Virus record (IMG/VR): IMGVR_UViG_3300020125_000357 | Span: 1 to 57,778 of that record | DNA from: a virus | Lineage: Duplodnaviria > Caudoviricetes | DNA length: 57,778 nt | Direction: 5' to 3' (one strand) | Shown: piece after piece, positions 1-10,442 of the stretch | Layout: every line of letters begins with the position of its first letter | Position numbering within the stretch: position 1 is the first letter of the stretch | Made by a program: the position numbers and the translations under genes | The notes under the pieces: model-generated | Told to the model about the DNA's origin: nothing | The model's input: only the letters and a program-made list of their open reading frames with translations | Databases searched by the model: none

Positions 1-127
1 ATCATTTCCGACATATGCAAGATCGCATTTTTAATCATTATTCTAAGATCCAATACATTACTGTACCATAAACAGTACCGATGCGTGAATTTATTTTAAT
101 ATTTTTATTGTGCATTGCAGAAAAAGA
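1..127. repeat. Terminal direct repeat (copy 1), most likely circular-assembly overlap
   Basis: Identical to 57652-57778; 127 nt matches a common assembler k-mer. Confidence 0.95.
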
Positions 128-129
128 TA

Positions 130-171
130 CAGGAAAATTTCCTGACAGGAGAAATTCCTGTAGTGTATAAT
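130..171 (+). promoter_or_regulatory. Two tandem palindromic operator-like sites plus -10 box
   Basis: CAGGAAAATTTCCTG (130-144) and CAGGAGAAATTCCTG (146-160), followed by TATAAT (166-171); sits at the divergence point between the leftward and rightward gene blocks. Confidence 0.65.
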
Positions 172-227
172 CTCGCCATGTGCATATTTATCGTATGAGA
201 GAGATATGGAAAGCTATGCACATTACT

Positions 228-277
228 AAACCCCTACTTGCTGATTACTCTCTCTATTCGGCAATAGGGGTTTTTTT
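228..277 (+). terminator. Intrinsic terminator/attenuator in leader of replication genes
   Basis: AAACCCCTA-CTTGCTGA...TCGGCAA-TAGGGG followed by T7. Confidence 0.75.
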
Positions 278-325
278 ATTGTTATTATTTGGTTTTTATT
301 TTTTGGAGAAAGAGAGAAAAATCAA

Positions 326-631
326 ATGAGAGAATTAAAAGAATGGATAAAACCTGAATTTAAAAAATCATTAACAAAAATTGGTAATATTGAATTCGGT
401 CTACTTGATGAAAAAGAAGATTATTGTTACGTGCACAAATCTAATTATATCAATGAGTTACATAAGTTATTTAGTGGTGAAAAATGGCTCGGTTGCCCCA
501 AATGCAGAGAAGAAATGCAAGATAAAATTGATCAACAAAGGCAGCAAAAGGATCATCAATTAAGACTTGAGCAAATAAAAGAAGCTGAATCTACTCAACA
601 ACCAATAATTAAAAAAGCAAAAGGATTTTAG
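326..631 (+). CDS. Small Zn-ribbon protein resembling the N-terminus of phage DnaC-like helicase loaders
   Basis: CxxH...WLGCPKC motif then coiled coil; GGAG upstream; abuts initiator gene. Confidence 0.5.
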   Translation: MRELKEWIKPEFKKSLTKIGNIEFGLLDEKEDYCYVHKSNYINELHKLFSGEKWLGCPKCREEMQDKIDQQRQQKDHQLRLEQIKEAESTQQPIIKKAKGF

Positions 632-1390
632 ATGAATGATAAAAAATCATTTATATTGCACATTGATTCATTGAGAATTATAAAAAAAATGAATGATGAA
701 CAAGTGGCAACTTTTTTGCGGGCAATTTTAGAATATCAAGAAACAGGAAAAATTCCTGAACTAGATTTTGGATTACAGATGGCAATAGACCCTTTCATTC
801 GACAATTTGAAAGTGATAATGAAAAATGGAGAAAAATAGTAGAACGTAATGCTGCCAATGGTTCTAAAGGTGGAAGACCTAAAATCCAAGATATCCCAGA
901 AAACCCAGTGGGTTATTTGGGAAGCCAAAAGAACCCAGAAGAACCCAGAAAAGCCGTTACTGTAACTGATACTGTAACTGATACTGTAACTGATATTATA
1001 TCCCCTATATCCCCTTTACCGATAGAAAACCCAAAACTGGATAAATTAGCAGAAGGCGCTTTTCAAACTTGGCAAATGATCGCAAAAGAACAAGAAGTGG
1101 AATTTACTCAAGATGAATGGATGGGGATAAAAGGTTTTACTAAAACTAAGCCAAGCTTGCCACAACATCAAATAAGAGCAAATATTATCCAGCTTAATGA
1201 TTGGGCACAACAAGGATTAGATATTAGAGCTGCAGCATTATCGGCTGCTAAAATGGAGCCAAGGTATGCAATTATTAAACAGCCATTTATGGCAAAACTT
1301 ACAGATGCCAAGGGCAATCCAATTTATGGACAAGCTATTGTAGAACGAAGACAACAAATTATTGAAAAAGAAAAAGGAGGTACAAAATGA
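632..1390 (+). CDS. Replication initiator (DUF6291-like N-terminus)
   Basis: KKSFILHID...ILEYQETG...RNAANGSKGGRP N-terminal pattern; internal repeat tract like lambda O-type initiators. Confidence 0.75.
   Translation: MNDKKSFILHIDSLRIIKKMNDEQVATFLRAILEYQETGKIPELDFGLQMAIDPFIRQFESDNEKWRKIVERNAANGSKGGRPKIQDIPENPVGYLGSQKNPEEPRKAVTVTDTVTDTVTDIISPISPLPIENPKLDKLAEGAFQTWQMIAKEQEVEFTQDEWMGIKGFTKTKPSLPQHQIRANIIQLNDWAQQGLDIRAAALSAAKMEPRYAIIKQPFMAKLTDAKGNPIYGQAIVERRQQIIEKEKGGTK
893..993. repeat. Iteron-like repeats inside initiator gene (candidate ori)
   Basis: AACCCAG repeats (GAACCCAGAA x2 at 931-950) and TACTGTAACTGA x3 (958-993). Confidence 0.6.
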
Positions 1391-1629
1391 TTAAAGACTG
1401 GCTTGTGGGATTTGCAATCACATTAGGGCTTTTAATAGTCAATTTAGGAATAACCGTTTTGCTTTGTGAGGTGTTGAAGTGAATTTATTGATTAGAATCG
1501 TTACCTTCTTCAGTGTAATTACCGGTTTATTTATTTTAGCGATAGGCGGGATGGCAATAATATGGGCAGTAATGGCAATGGTGTTCAGTAATTTTGCTAA
1601 ATTTTTTGGATTTGATGGAGGATGTTAAA

Positions 1630-1827
1630 ATGAATAAACATTTTGATGATTATACTCTCAAGAAGATTTTTTCTGAGTTAGTTACAAAGATCGAAGATTT
1701 AGAAAATCGGATTGCAGTCTTAGAATCAAAACCGCAGGAAACCCGCCCAGATCGCACCATAATCGATTTTGAGGGTAGTGATGATACCAAAGTACCAACT
1801 GGGGAAAATGAAAGCAGTATAGAGTGA
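1630..1827 (+). CDS. Hypothetical coiled-coil protein
   Basis: ORF with GGAGG RBS before ATG 1630. Confidence 0.6.
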   Translation: MNKHFDDYTLKKIFSELVTKIEDLENRIAVLESKPQETRPDRTIIDFEGSDDTKVPTGENESSIE

Positions 1828-1917
1828 TTAAAGCGGGAAAATGCAGAATTGAAAAATGAAGTTTTGGAATTGAAGAAACAATTAATTGCTGAAGGGCTTT
1901 TGTAGGAAGGAGAAAAA

Positions 1918-2127
1918 ATGGAATTTAATTTAGAGAATATATTAATTTTCAGCTCACATCAATATCAAAAAAGAAAAAATCATAAAAAAAAGAAAGTTAC
2001 CAATGGGATACAAATATACGAAAGCGGTGCTGAAGCATGCAGAAGTCTGGGATTAGAGCGACATGCAATTGCAAATGCAATTTTTCTCAGATGTAGGTGT
2101 GGTGGTTTTTATTGGAAATATGTATGA
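1918..2127 (+). CDS. Stand-alone NUMOD1-like DNA-binding domain protein
   Basis: IYESGAEACRSLG...IANAI...CGGFYWKY, similar to C-terminus of the HNH at 55121-55708. Confidence 0.65.
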   Translation: MEFNLENILIFSSHQYQKRKNHKKKKVTNGIQIYESGAEACRSLGLERHAIANAIFLRCRCGGFYWKYV

Positions 2128-5100
2128 AAACAGTCAAAACAAATGATTCAATAAATCTTACAGAAATAATTGACAACCGTGGATGGCAACCGTTATTAAT
2201 TCCAATTTATTTAGGAGTTAATACAGTTTATCGTAAATCGATAGTAATAAAAGTCGAGAATAAATTAACAAAAATGGGTATTGAATGGAGGGTGAAAAAA
2301 TGACGAATAAAGAGCTACAAGAAAAATTAAGAGAATTGCCAGACGAGGCTTATATTATGTTTGCTAGTCCTGATTCTGACGATGAAGTCGAATCAGTTCA
2401 TTATGGCCGAGACTGTGAAGATATGCCATTTGTGTTGTTGGGGCGATTTAAAAATGAAAATCATTCACAGAAGGACACTGATGTCCCTCTGTCAGAAAAA
2501 CCGGAACAAAATAATATGATGGGAGGGTGAAAGATGAAACTCATAATGTGTATGATATTGGAAATGACGTTATTCATAAGTCTGGTTACTATCGGGATTA
2601 TGGCTTGGGCAATATTTATGAAATGGGAATGGAGGGATGAAAAATGAAAAAACAGTGCTGTGAATGTAAACAAGATGTCTATGAATTAACAAAGGATGAA
2701 CTTTTAATATGGATAAATAATAAATTATTGACATGTGAAAATGAATCTTTTCTTAAAAAGCATGGCAAAATTTTTAAAGATGGATTTAAAAAATTGCTAG
2801 AAGAAATCATTGATGAAATTAGTATTTATATCCATACAGATGAAATTAATATCGATTGTAAATATTTATTAAATTATTTAGAAGATGAATATATGGTTAT
2901 TCAATGTAATATGAATGTTGATCATCAATATCAATATGGTGTAATGGCAGCATGTAAAGAGCTTATGTATTTTATTGAGGATGGAAAATGAAAACTATAA
3001 CAATGCTAAAATGTAACTCAACTAGAATTAGTGTTAAGAAACTGCCCTGGGTTAAAGATATTTATGGAGGATTTATTACACCTACTACCAAAAAATTCTA
3101 TATACGTAAATGCTTAAATATGTTTAAAGTTGAAATAGATGGTGCAGTACACGAAGAGATTTTCACTTTACAGGAAGCTCAAGACTATGTACAACAGCTT
3201 TGGGATAGATCCGTATTGAGTTTGATTAAGGTGGAAAAATGAGAATAATTAAGCCGTTGGAATGGGAAATATCTTTTTATGATGATAGCATTTTATTGGC
3301 AGAATTTTTAAATTTTCCTCGTGGTTTTACTTCATATTTTACTATTTCACCACTTATAAGTGGTGAAGGGTATAATTTATGTTATTTTGTAAATAGCTTG
3401 TTAGACGCACGTTATGTATTTGATACTATACAAGAATGCAAAGATTCAGCACAAGAATATGTTGAAGAACATGCTAGAAATTTTATGGAAAGGTGTGTTG
3501 AATGAGCTACAGAAAAAATTTTCATGATCAGGTCTATAATAAAGGCTGCGACTGGGAAATTGAGGTCCTATTTATTAGGAATTGGGCTGAGATTAAGGAG
3601 TTGCTTTACAAGTATTTGATTGTTAAAGTTGTGAAGGGCAAGAAATAATGTGGTTTTTACCTAAATGTGAGAATGTACAAATTATAAATTCTTTTAATAA
3701 AAAATATACCTTATATTTGCAATCAAGAAAGGAACATGACGAAGAAATGAGAAAACAATATGAATATATAGGTAAAAGTTTACAAAGAAATTTTCAACTT
3801 ATGATGGCTGGGATTTGATTATGAAAATAAATTGGAATAAGCCCGAGTTACATTTAATAATTAGTTTATTATTATTAATTGGAGCTCTTATATTTCTTAT
3901 TTTAGGTCTGGGATTTAAAAATATTTATCTTTTTTTGATGGCTCCTGGCTTAGTGTTTATCCAGATATTTAGAATGAGGGATTATTTAGAATGAAATTAT
4001 CTGAAATTATTATTCAATCTGAGCAGATATTAAAAACACACGGAGACATGGAGATATTTGCTGATGGATATGGTCATTCTTATTTTTCTGTAGAATCAAT
4101 ATATACCGATCCTTTTAACAATTTTTGTTGGTTGGGAACAAAAATAATAAGGAAACTTAGTAAAACTGAAGAGATAAAACTATTAAAGGAAAAATAAAAA
4201 TGATATTTTATGAGGAATCAGTAGATGAAACGTCGTTATAACCACGAAACAAATCAATGGGACATTGTGCTAAGTGAGCGCGAGTATCAGAATATTCAAC
4301 AGGAATTAAATAAGCTTAATTTAATGAGAATGGAGCGATCACAATTACCAATATCATCACCGCAACCGCAATTTAAATGCAGTTATCCATGTAATTGTAG
4401 CGGAGCTTGTCATAAATACAAATTACAAAGCCTCCCCTTATATAATTTAAGTGGAGTTAATTAATGGCAACAAATATACCTAATCCTAAGTTTAATCTTG
4501 GTGGTATAGCAATAATCATCAGTCACTTATATTCTGAAATATTAAAACGATATATTTATATGATAGAGTGTCATGGAGAAATTTCTATTTATACCGAAGA
4601 TAGATTTGTTTAATTGAAGGAAAGAAATAATGGCAACTAATGAGGAATTATTTAATATTCTTAATAATTTAGATTACTTAGAATATAAATGCTACAAAAA
4701 AATTAAACAGGCTGGATTAAAAATATTAACCGCTAGACTTATTCTTGAAGATCGAGGCCATTCATTTGTTATTTATAGGGAACCAGACAGCTATGTAATA
4801 CAGATAAGCCAGTCTTATACACAAATAGAAATAGCTCCCGGGGTTTATATTACAAATGATAACTTATTGAATAAAACAAAAATGCATATTGTTGATTCTC
4901 CAAGATAGAGGGGTATTGTGAAAAAACTATTTAATTCAATTAAAAAAATAATAAATAAGCCTGAGAAACCATATAAAAAGGTTGAGGACTGGACATGTAG
5001 AGAGGTATTGAACTTTTATATAAGTATTGGATATCGTTATAAAACACCTAGAGATTTTAGAAAACCTTTCACATGTGATTGCTGCGATTATGAAACTAAT

Positions 5101-5497
5101 ACACGAATTAAAAGACGATCAATTTATACTGGAGGGTTGTTGTGATGATAGAGCCTTTTGGAATGCTTGGTATGCTATTTGCATACAATCGTTATCAATT
5201 ACAAAAGTCTATATACAATGCGTATATGATTGCATATAATAGATTAAAGGCAGATGATCAGGCTAAACAGGTTGATTATTATTTGAGAAGATGGAATTTG
5301 AAAATATGATTACTGACAAAGAAAATAATAATCATAAATCCCTTGATGATATAGCATTTGAAGGTCAATGCCAAAGAATAGAAGCTTTAGAAAAAGAAAA
5401 TAGGCGCTTATCCATGAACTTATCTACTTTACAAGGTAATATGGATGCGGTTATAACAATACTAAAAGATTTATGTAAGAAAGAGTGGGAAAAATGA
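2124..5497 (+). other. Run of short, tightly coupled hypothetical ORFs (2124-2303, 2300-2530, 2644-2991, 2988-3242, 3239-3505, 3991-4197, 4225-4464, 4630-4908, 4918-5145, 5291-5497 and several <60-aa membrane peptides)
   Basis: Co-oriented ORFs with RBSs and ATGA overlaps; no recognisable catalytic motifs. Confidence 0.7.
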
Positions 5498-5769
5498 TGG
5501 CGTATTGTGTGGGATTTTTATTGGGTCTATTATTTATTATAATTATAGGAAGGTTCGCATCATCTCATATAGAAGAACTTACTGTCGGTGATATTTGTTT
5601 TTGGAAACCAACAAATGTAAAATGTATGATATTTGACGAGTGGTGTAAGTATTTTTATATTAAAGATTTGGATGGTAACCGATTGAATGGGGGTAGGTTG
5701 GTGCATAAAAATATGTTAATAAAAGTTAAAGATGAGCCGCTTGACAAATCACCTCCAACTATGCAATAA
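5485..5769 (+). CDS. Membrane-anchored SH3/KOW-like small protein
   Basis: N-terminal TM helix then LTVGDICF...beta-barrel-like pattern. Confidence 0.5.
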   Translation: MGKMMAYCVGFLLGLLFIIIIGRFASSHIEELTVGDICFWKPTNVKCMIFDEWCKYFYIKDLDGNRLNGGRLVHKNMLIKVKDEPLDKSPPTMQ

Positions 5770-5770
5770 T
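5741..5770 (+). promoter_or_regulatory. Sigma70-like promoter for RNA cluster
   Basis: TTGACA-18 nt-AATAAT. Confidence 0.6.
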
Positions 5771-5775
5771 GCTGA

Positions 5776-5944
5776 ACTTGCAATAGAGAAATTGATTTAT
5801 TCATCTCCAAAGAACTAAATTACTTTTTATCCCTCTCTGTTGCAGGTACTAGAATCAACCATTAAATATGACGGTAAATTTAATGGTTGATTTAATTATC
5901 CACCATACTAGCCCCAAACACTTTACCGTCGCTGGGGCTTTTTT
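5776..5944 (+). ncRNA. Putative ~170-nt structured sRNA ending in a terminator
   Basis: Three hairpins (5776-5847, 5853-5892, 5910-5939) plus U-run; G-U pairs favour the + strand; 9-nt loop-loop complementarity. Confidence 0.55.
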
Positions 5945-5950
5945 ATTTAT

Positions 5951-6044
5951 GTACGTCTAGCTTTGATGGTTCATTCCGATATAGGTAGCGAAAGCAGTCG
6001 AATAGATATACTATATAGCTCCGTTCGATTCGGAGAGGCGTGCA
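5951..6044 (+). ncRNA. tRNA-like RNA 1 (acceptor + T arm, atypical interior)
   Basis: GTACGTCT/AGGCGTGC acceptor, CTCCG-TTCGATT-CGGAG T arm, TA-GCTT...AAGC D stem with enlarged loop, no canonical anticodon arm. Confidence 0.65.
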
Positions 6045-6102
6045 TTTATATGAACTCTCTAAGCCTCTTCATGAATGCAAATATTTGAGAGTTTATTTAT
6101 GT

Positions 6103-6178
6103 ATTCCCGTCGTATAGTGGTGAATACATTCGGTTTTCATCCGGATAACAGCAGTTCAATTCTGCTCGGGAATACCCA
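6103..6178 (+). tRNA. tRNA-Glu(UUC)
   Basis: ATTCCCG/CGGGAAT acceptor, TTCGG-TTTTCAT-CCGGA anticodon arm, AGCAG-TTCAATT-CTGCT T arm. Confidence 0.85.
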
Positions 6179-6180
6179 TG

Positions 6181-6358
6181 CAAGATGTAGCTCAGAAAAT
6201 CATCACCTGAGACGTGAAGAAGGGTCGACTTACTTACTGATAATTATGGAGCTTTATTGTATAAACAGATTATTGGTTAGTGAAGTGAGAGCAATTGGTG
6301 ATGTAGGGAGTCATGACCCGAAACTGATAGGTCGCTGGTTCGAGTCCAGCCATCTTGC
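6181..6358 (+). ncRNA. tRNA-like RNA 2 with 95-nt D loop and 25-nt anticodon loop
   Basis: CAAGATG/CATCTTG acceptor, TA-GCTC-AG...GAGC D stem, ATTGG/CTGAT stem, AGGTC variable loop, GCTGG-TTCGAGT-CCAGC T arm. Confidence 0.75.
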
Positions 6359-6374
6359 ACTTTTTGGAAATATA

Positions 6375-6554
6375 ATGAGATCATACACTAAAGTTAGAAT
6401 TGTAGCTACAGGTGAAACTGGATATTACCGAGACGAAATACAGAATGGTTTGGTATATCCTTTTAAGTATAAAATCATCGTCAATAATGAAATTAGATGG
6501 CTGGAGCAAAAAGAGTTTAGAGCTTTAAGCGATATCAGGAAAAAGGGTAAATGA
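6375..6554 (+). CDS. Small SH3-like hypothetical protein (true start ATG 6375)
   Basis: YTKVRIVATGETG...YKIIVNNEIRWLEQKEF; the upstream part of the listed ORF overlaps tRNAs. Confidence 0.55.
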   Translation: MRSYTKVRIVATGETGYYRDEIQNGLVYPFKYKIIVNNEIRWLEQKEFRALSDIRKKGK

Positions 6555-6739
6555 GTAAAATATCCCAGATTATCATGTTGATAATGTTGAGTATGGCTTT
6601 TTTATTGGCTATGGCTGTGACCATTGGATGTATATATTGGGGGGTTACACATGAACCACCTGCAACTTTGGGTGCAATTCCGGCAATAATAGGAATGGTA
6701 GCTGTCATAGGAGTTATGTTAGATTTAAATAGTAAATAG
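6551..6739 (+). CDS. Two-TM membrane protein
   Basis: Two hydrophobic helices; start overlaps preceding stop. Confidence 0.6.
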   Translation: MSKISQIIMLIMLSMAFLLAMAVTIGCIYWGVTHEPPATLGAIPAIIGMVAVIGVMLDLNSK

Positions 6740-6742
6740 ATT

Positions 6743-6820
6743 ATTTTGTACACAGCTTATGACATTAGTTAAACTTACATGTTTTCATATCTCCATGTAG
6801 TTATGAGCTGTGTGTAAAAT
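6743..6820 (+). ncRNA. Long hairpin between convergent gene blocks (terminator or sRNA)
   Basis: 21-bp stem with four G-U pairs on the + strand; inner TACATG/CATGTA hairpin. Confidence 0.55.
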
Positions 6821-6844
6821 GATGACCTTTCCTCTTTCACCTTT

Positions 6845-7084
6845 TTAATCTAATGGCAATAACTTTAGTGCTGTAAAACTACAATTATTACCCGGTTTCT
6901 TACCCTTTCTTTTAATCAATTCCAATTTCTCTAATGTTGAAATTAATTGACTTCTATAAGATACACTTTGTATATTATATTTTATTTCTAAATAATAATG
7001 CAATTGGCTCGTTGAAATTGGTTGATGTTTCATTATATATTGTACAATTTTATTATATTTTAAGGTGGTAGATTTATAACGCAT
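6845..7084 (-). CDS. Winged-HTH DNA-binding protein
   Basis: KIVQYIMKHQPISTSQL...LISTLEKLELIKRKG wHTH pattern. Confidence 0.6.
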   Translation of the reverse strand: MRYKSTTLKYNKIVQYIMKHQPISTSQLHYYLEIKYNIQSVSYRSQLISTLEKLELIKRKGKKPGNNCSFTALKLLPLD

Positions 7085-10000
7085 TATATTTTTTCCTTAT
7101 ATTTAATACTTTCTATTTCGTTCCATAAGAATCTAATATTTTTATCCTGAATTTCTACATGTTCTAGTATTTTTAACATAGTACCCACTGCCTGACCCAA
7201 TAAAAATAGAAGACCATTCTGCTGCAATTCCGCAGCTAATTGTATCTGTGATCTAGCTTTGGTCGTATCACTGATTAATTTAGTTAGATCTTCATTCATT
7301 AGATTTAATTCTACATTTTGGACACTCGCATTTTTCATCCATTGACACTAAATCAATTACTAAAATCTCTGGCCTAACATTATCTTTTCCCATAGCTCTG
7401 AGAGATTTAATAAAATAGCTTTTTTCATCTACCGAAGCAAATAAAGGTAAATCAGTTGTTGCATTAATTGCTTCTGTTAATGCTGTAATTAGTTCACTTG
7501 CTAACATTATTTTTCCTCTTAAAATTAATTTATTTTTCGTGGAGAATCGGCATGAATAATAACCCCAATTCCTATTTCAGTATAACGAGTTTCAATCCCA
7601 GTCAACATAAGTAGTTCTGCCCCATGTTTTACATAAACAGGTATATTTTCTTCTTGTAATTGTTTGATATCTTGTAATTGTTTGATAATATTTGTTACAT
7701 TTGGTAGCATTTTATTTTCCTATCTCAAAATTACATTCAACAGTTTTACCTTCTTTGGTAAATACTGGGGTTACTGCATGCAGTCCGTCTGTATCTCCAA
7801 TTTCATAATATTGGATATGATTAATACATGCGGGTTCTACTTTATATTGCATCATTTTAAAATCTGTGGATGAAGATTTAAGTGATTTATTAAAATTGAA
7901 TAAAGCAACTCCCACACAAATTCCTGTAATAAAACAACAAATTCCTATATATAAATCTCTCATTTAGTTATCCTTTCTAAAATACCAAATAAATACACCA
8001 ACTATGATGCCAATTAACCAAATTAATATAAAAATGCCGCCTACAATTCCTATCGTCGAACTCACGATACTTAGAATTATTTCTAAAAACATGGTCATAG
8101 ATTTTAAAAAATTCATTTTTTTACCTCATAAAATTTAATTTAATTAAATATATTATCAATTCAAGCACGCAAACAAGAATAATCCCATCCCATCGATATT
8201 TCGGTTTGATATTTCTTGATATCCATATACCAATAAGAAAATTTAATACGCCTAAAATAATTATTAATTTCATCTTGCTCCTTCCAATTTACGCGGAATA
8301 TCCCGTTTCATACGTTTAATTTTGTTTATTTCTTTAAACATAAGCTTCTTACCAATTTCATAGGTAGTATTAGCCCAATTAGCTTTTATGCCATAATTAG
8401 AGGCTAAAGATTTAAGTTTGTCTCTTCCATTAGCCATACCATCAATATAAAAATCTATAAGATTTCGATCTGTAAATTCTTGATAGAGATCTTTTAGCAT
8501 ATCTTTTTCAACTACTGTGAGTTGCATATTTTCTTTTACTGATTGACTTCTAGCGTTTTTCATTTTCTCTCTCCTAAAATTAATTAAATTAAGCTGCTTT
8601 TTTGATTGTTTTGAACTGTGCTAAACTTTCTGCGGGTGCTCCATCAATTGATATTAATTTAAAAAGGCGCCTTTGCTTAAACTCAATAAAATCAAGTTTA
8701 GCGTGTAATGACCATTCTTTAACATTATTATATGCAATATTTCCTGTAAGTTTATTTAAAAATCCTAAGGTTTCCATAATTTTATCTCCATAAAATTTAA
8801 GTTAATTATCCAAGTGCATTAGTGCCGTGCTGTACTAAATCATTTATCTTGAATTGAACTAGAGTTCCAGATCGAGTTTTACCTACTCCAGCAATAGTTA
8901 ATTCACACTTATCCCATAAATTTTTTGTTTGTGTCAAATCAATTAATCTAGCTATTATGGCAAACCATTGATCATCAATGTTCTTAGCGGTTAATATGCG
9001 TTCTCCAAAAATATATACTTCAATCATTTTATTTTCTTGTTGACAGATTTCAAAATATAATTCATTGTATTCTTTATTTCTAAATTTAATTTTATTCACT
9101 TACTGTGCTCGCTAAATCTTTAATTATATTGTAGGCTATGCGAAATTCTGATGAAATCACTTCTCCATCATAAATATTATCATCATTGTAAACCATTGAA
9201 TCTAATAGTGTATTTTTTAAACTATATTCTAATGAAATCTCATATTCAGTTTGATAAATATCGTTTGACTGCTTATCAATTTTTAAAAAAGCAAAAATAT
9301 TGCTACCTTCGGCTCTCCAATTCTTAAAGCAATTGCTATATTTATTCAAATATTCTATAGTTTTGTCGAGTATTTGTTGTTCAGTCATTGTGCTTTTCTC
9401 CTGATATTACTTCAACATCAATAACATCTCCGCTTGTAAGCTTAGACCAATTATCAATTATATATTTGTGAGCAATTCCCATAGTTCTACTATCTTCCCA
9501 GCGATATGGGTCATAAGTACTGCCGCCTTGGCTAAGTTGACAAAGTTGAATACATACTATATCTCGTCCATAACCCGCATAGCGCAATATTGCAGATTCT
9601 ATAGGATTATCAGAAATCATTTCAACTCCCATAGCCTTAATTTCTGTCATTCTATCTAAGATCGTAAATAATTTAATTTCCATGATTTAATCCTTTACCT
9701 TTATATCTCTATTAAAAATTATAGCCAGTGTATAAATTATTATCTTTGAAACTGTTTCCCCAAGTATTAATAAAAATACTATGCTTATAATCCAATGTTC
9801 ATACATTAATTTTATCAGGTCCATAATCTAACCTCCGATCTTCTTGAATCGTTTCTATACAATGTATTTTAAGTTCTTCTTTGCGTTCGATAGCTATATC
9901 TTCTTGTGAATTAAAGCAGTGGCTTAACAATTCAGTTAAACTATCGAACAGGTTTGTATTTGTTGCCATGATTAATCTCCTTTAATTAGCTACTGCATAT

Positions 10001-10442
10001 GCCATTTGTTGGTCATGCATTTGCCAACATCCTTGGCATAACATAGTTTTAACCACAATATCGCCACCTTTTTCAAATACAAAGTCTCGGATTTCCTGAG
10101 CGGATATATTTGCTTCTTCTGAATTTTCTTCGCACCATTCGCAAATGTATTTATTTAAGCGTTCTTCTCTAATTTTATTCATTTTAGGTTTCTCCTTAAT
10201 TCTAATGTACTTCTGATACAAATTTCCAATGTTTTAGCTATACTTAAGGTATCACATGCTATACGGCCATCTATTAGATATTTAAACCCTTCATCATATT
10301 CTTTGCATAGACTTACTTCAAGGTCATACTGATCGTTATATTTATTAATAGTAGCCTGATATAATAATCCAGAAGGATATTGTCTTTTAAACATACGGAT
10401 TCCTTTATCCATATACCATTTATCCCATATTTCTTTTTTCAT
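7084..10442 (-). other. Leftward early block of short hypothetical ORFs (7084-7338, 7292-7507, 7525-7710, 7712-7963, 8270-8563, 8589-8777, 8806-9099, 9092-9388, 9381-9683, 9982-10221, 10179-10442)
   Basis: Co-oriented ORFs with GGAG/AGGA RBSs downstream of the leftward promoter at ~11.5 kb. Confidence 0.7.

Noticed and set aside
958-993. CRISPR array
   Set aside because: Spacerless 12-bp tandem repeat inside a CDS; no repeat-spacer array seen anywhere in the window
5951-6044. tRNA-Sec (8/5 fold)
   Set aside because: No UCA anticodon arm or long variable arm at the required positions
6045-6100. Theta/HDV-like ribozyme after the tRNA-like RNA
   Set aside because: A hairpin (AACTCTC/GAGAGTT) is present, but I could not build the nested double pseudoknot
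6207-6328. Hammerhead ribozyme or C/D-box guide in tRNA-like RNA 2
   Set aside because: GGGTC/GACCC-GAAA resembles stem II, but the CUGANGA core (C3-G8 pair) and a properly placed NUH site are missing; C/D-like words are short and imperfect
6075-6374. N-terminal 100 aa of the listed 159-aa ORF
   Set aside because: Runs through tRNA-Glu and tRNA-like RNA 2; the plausible start is ATG 6375
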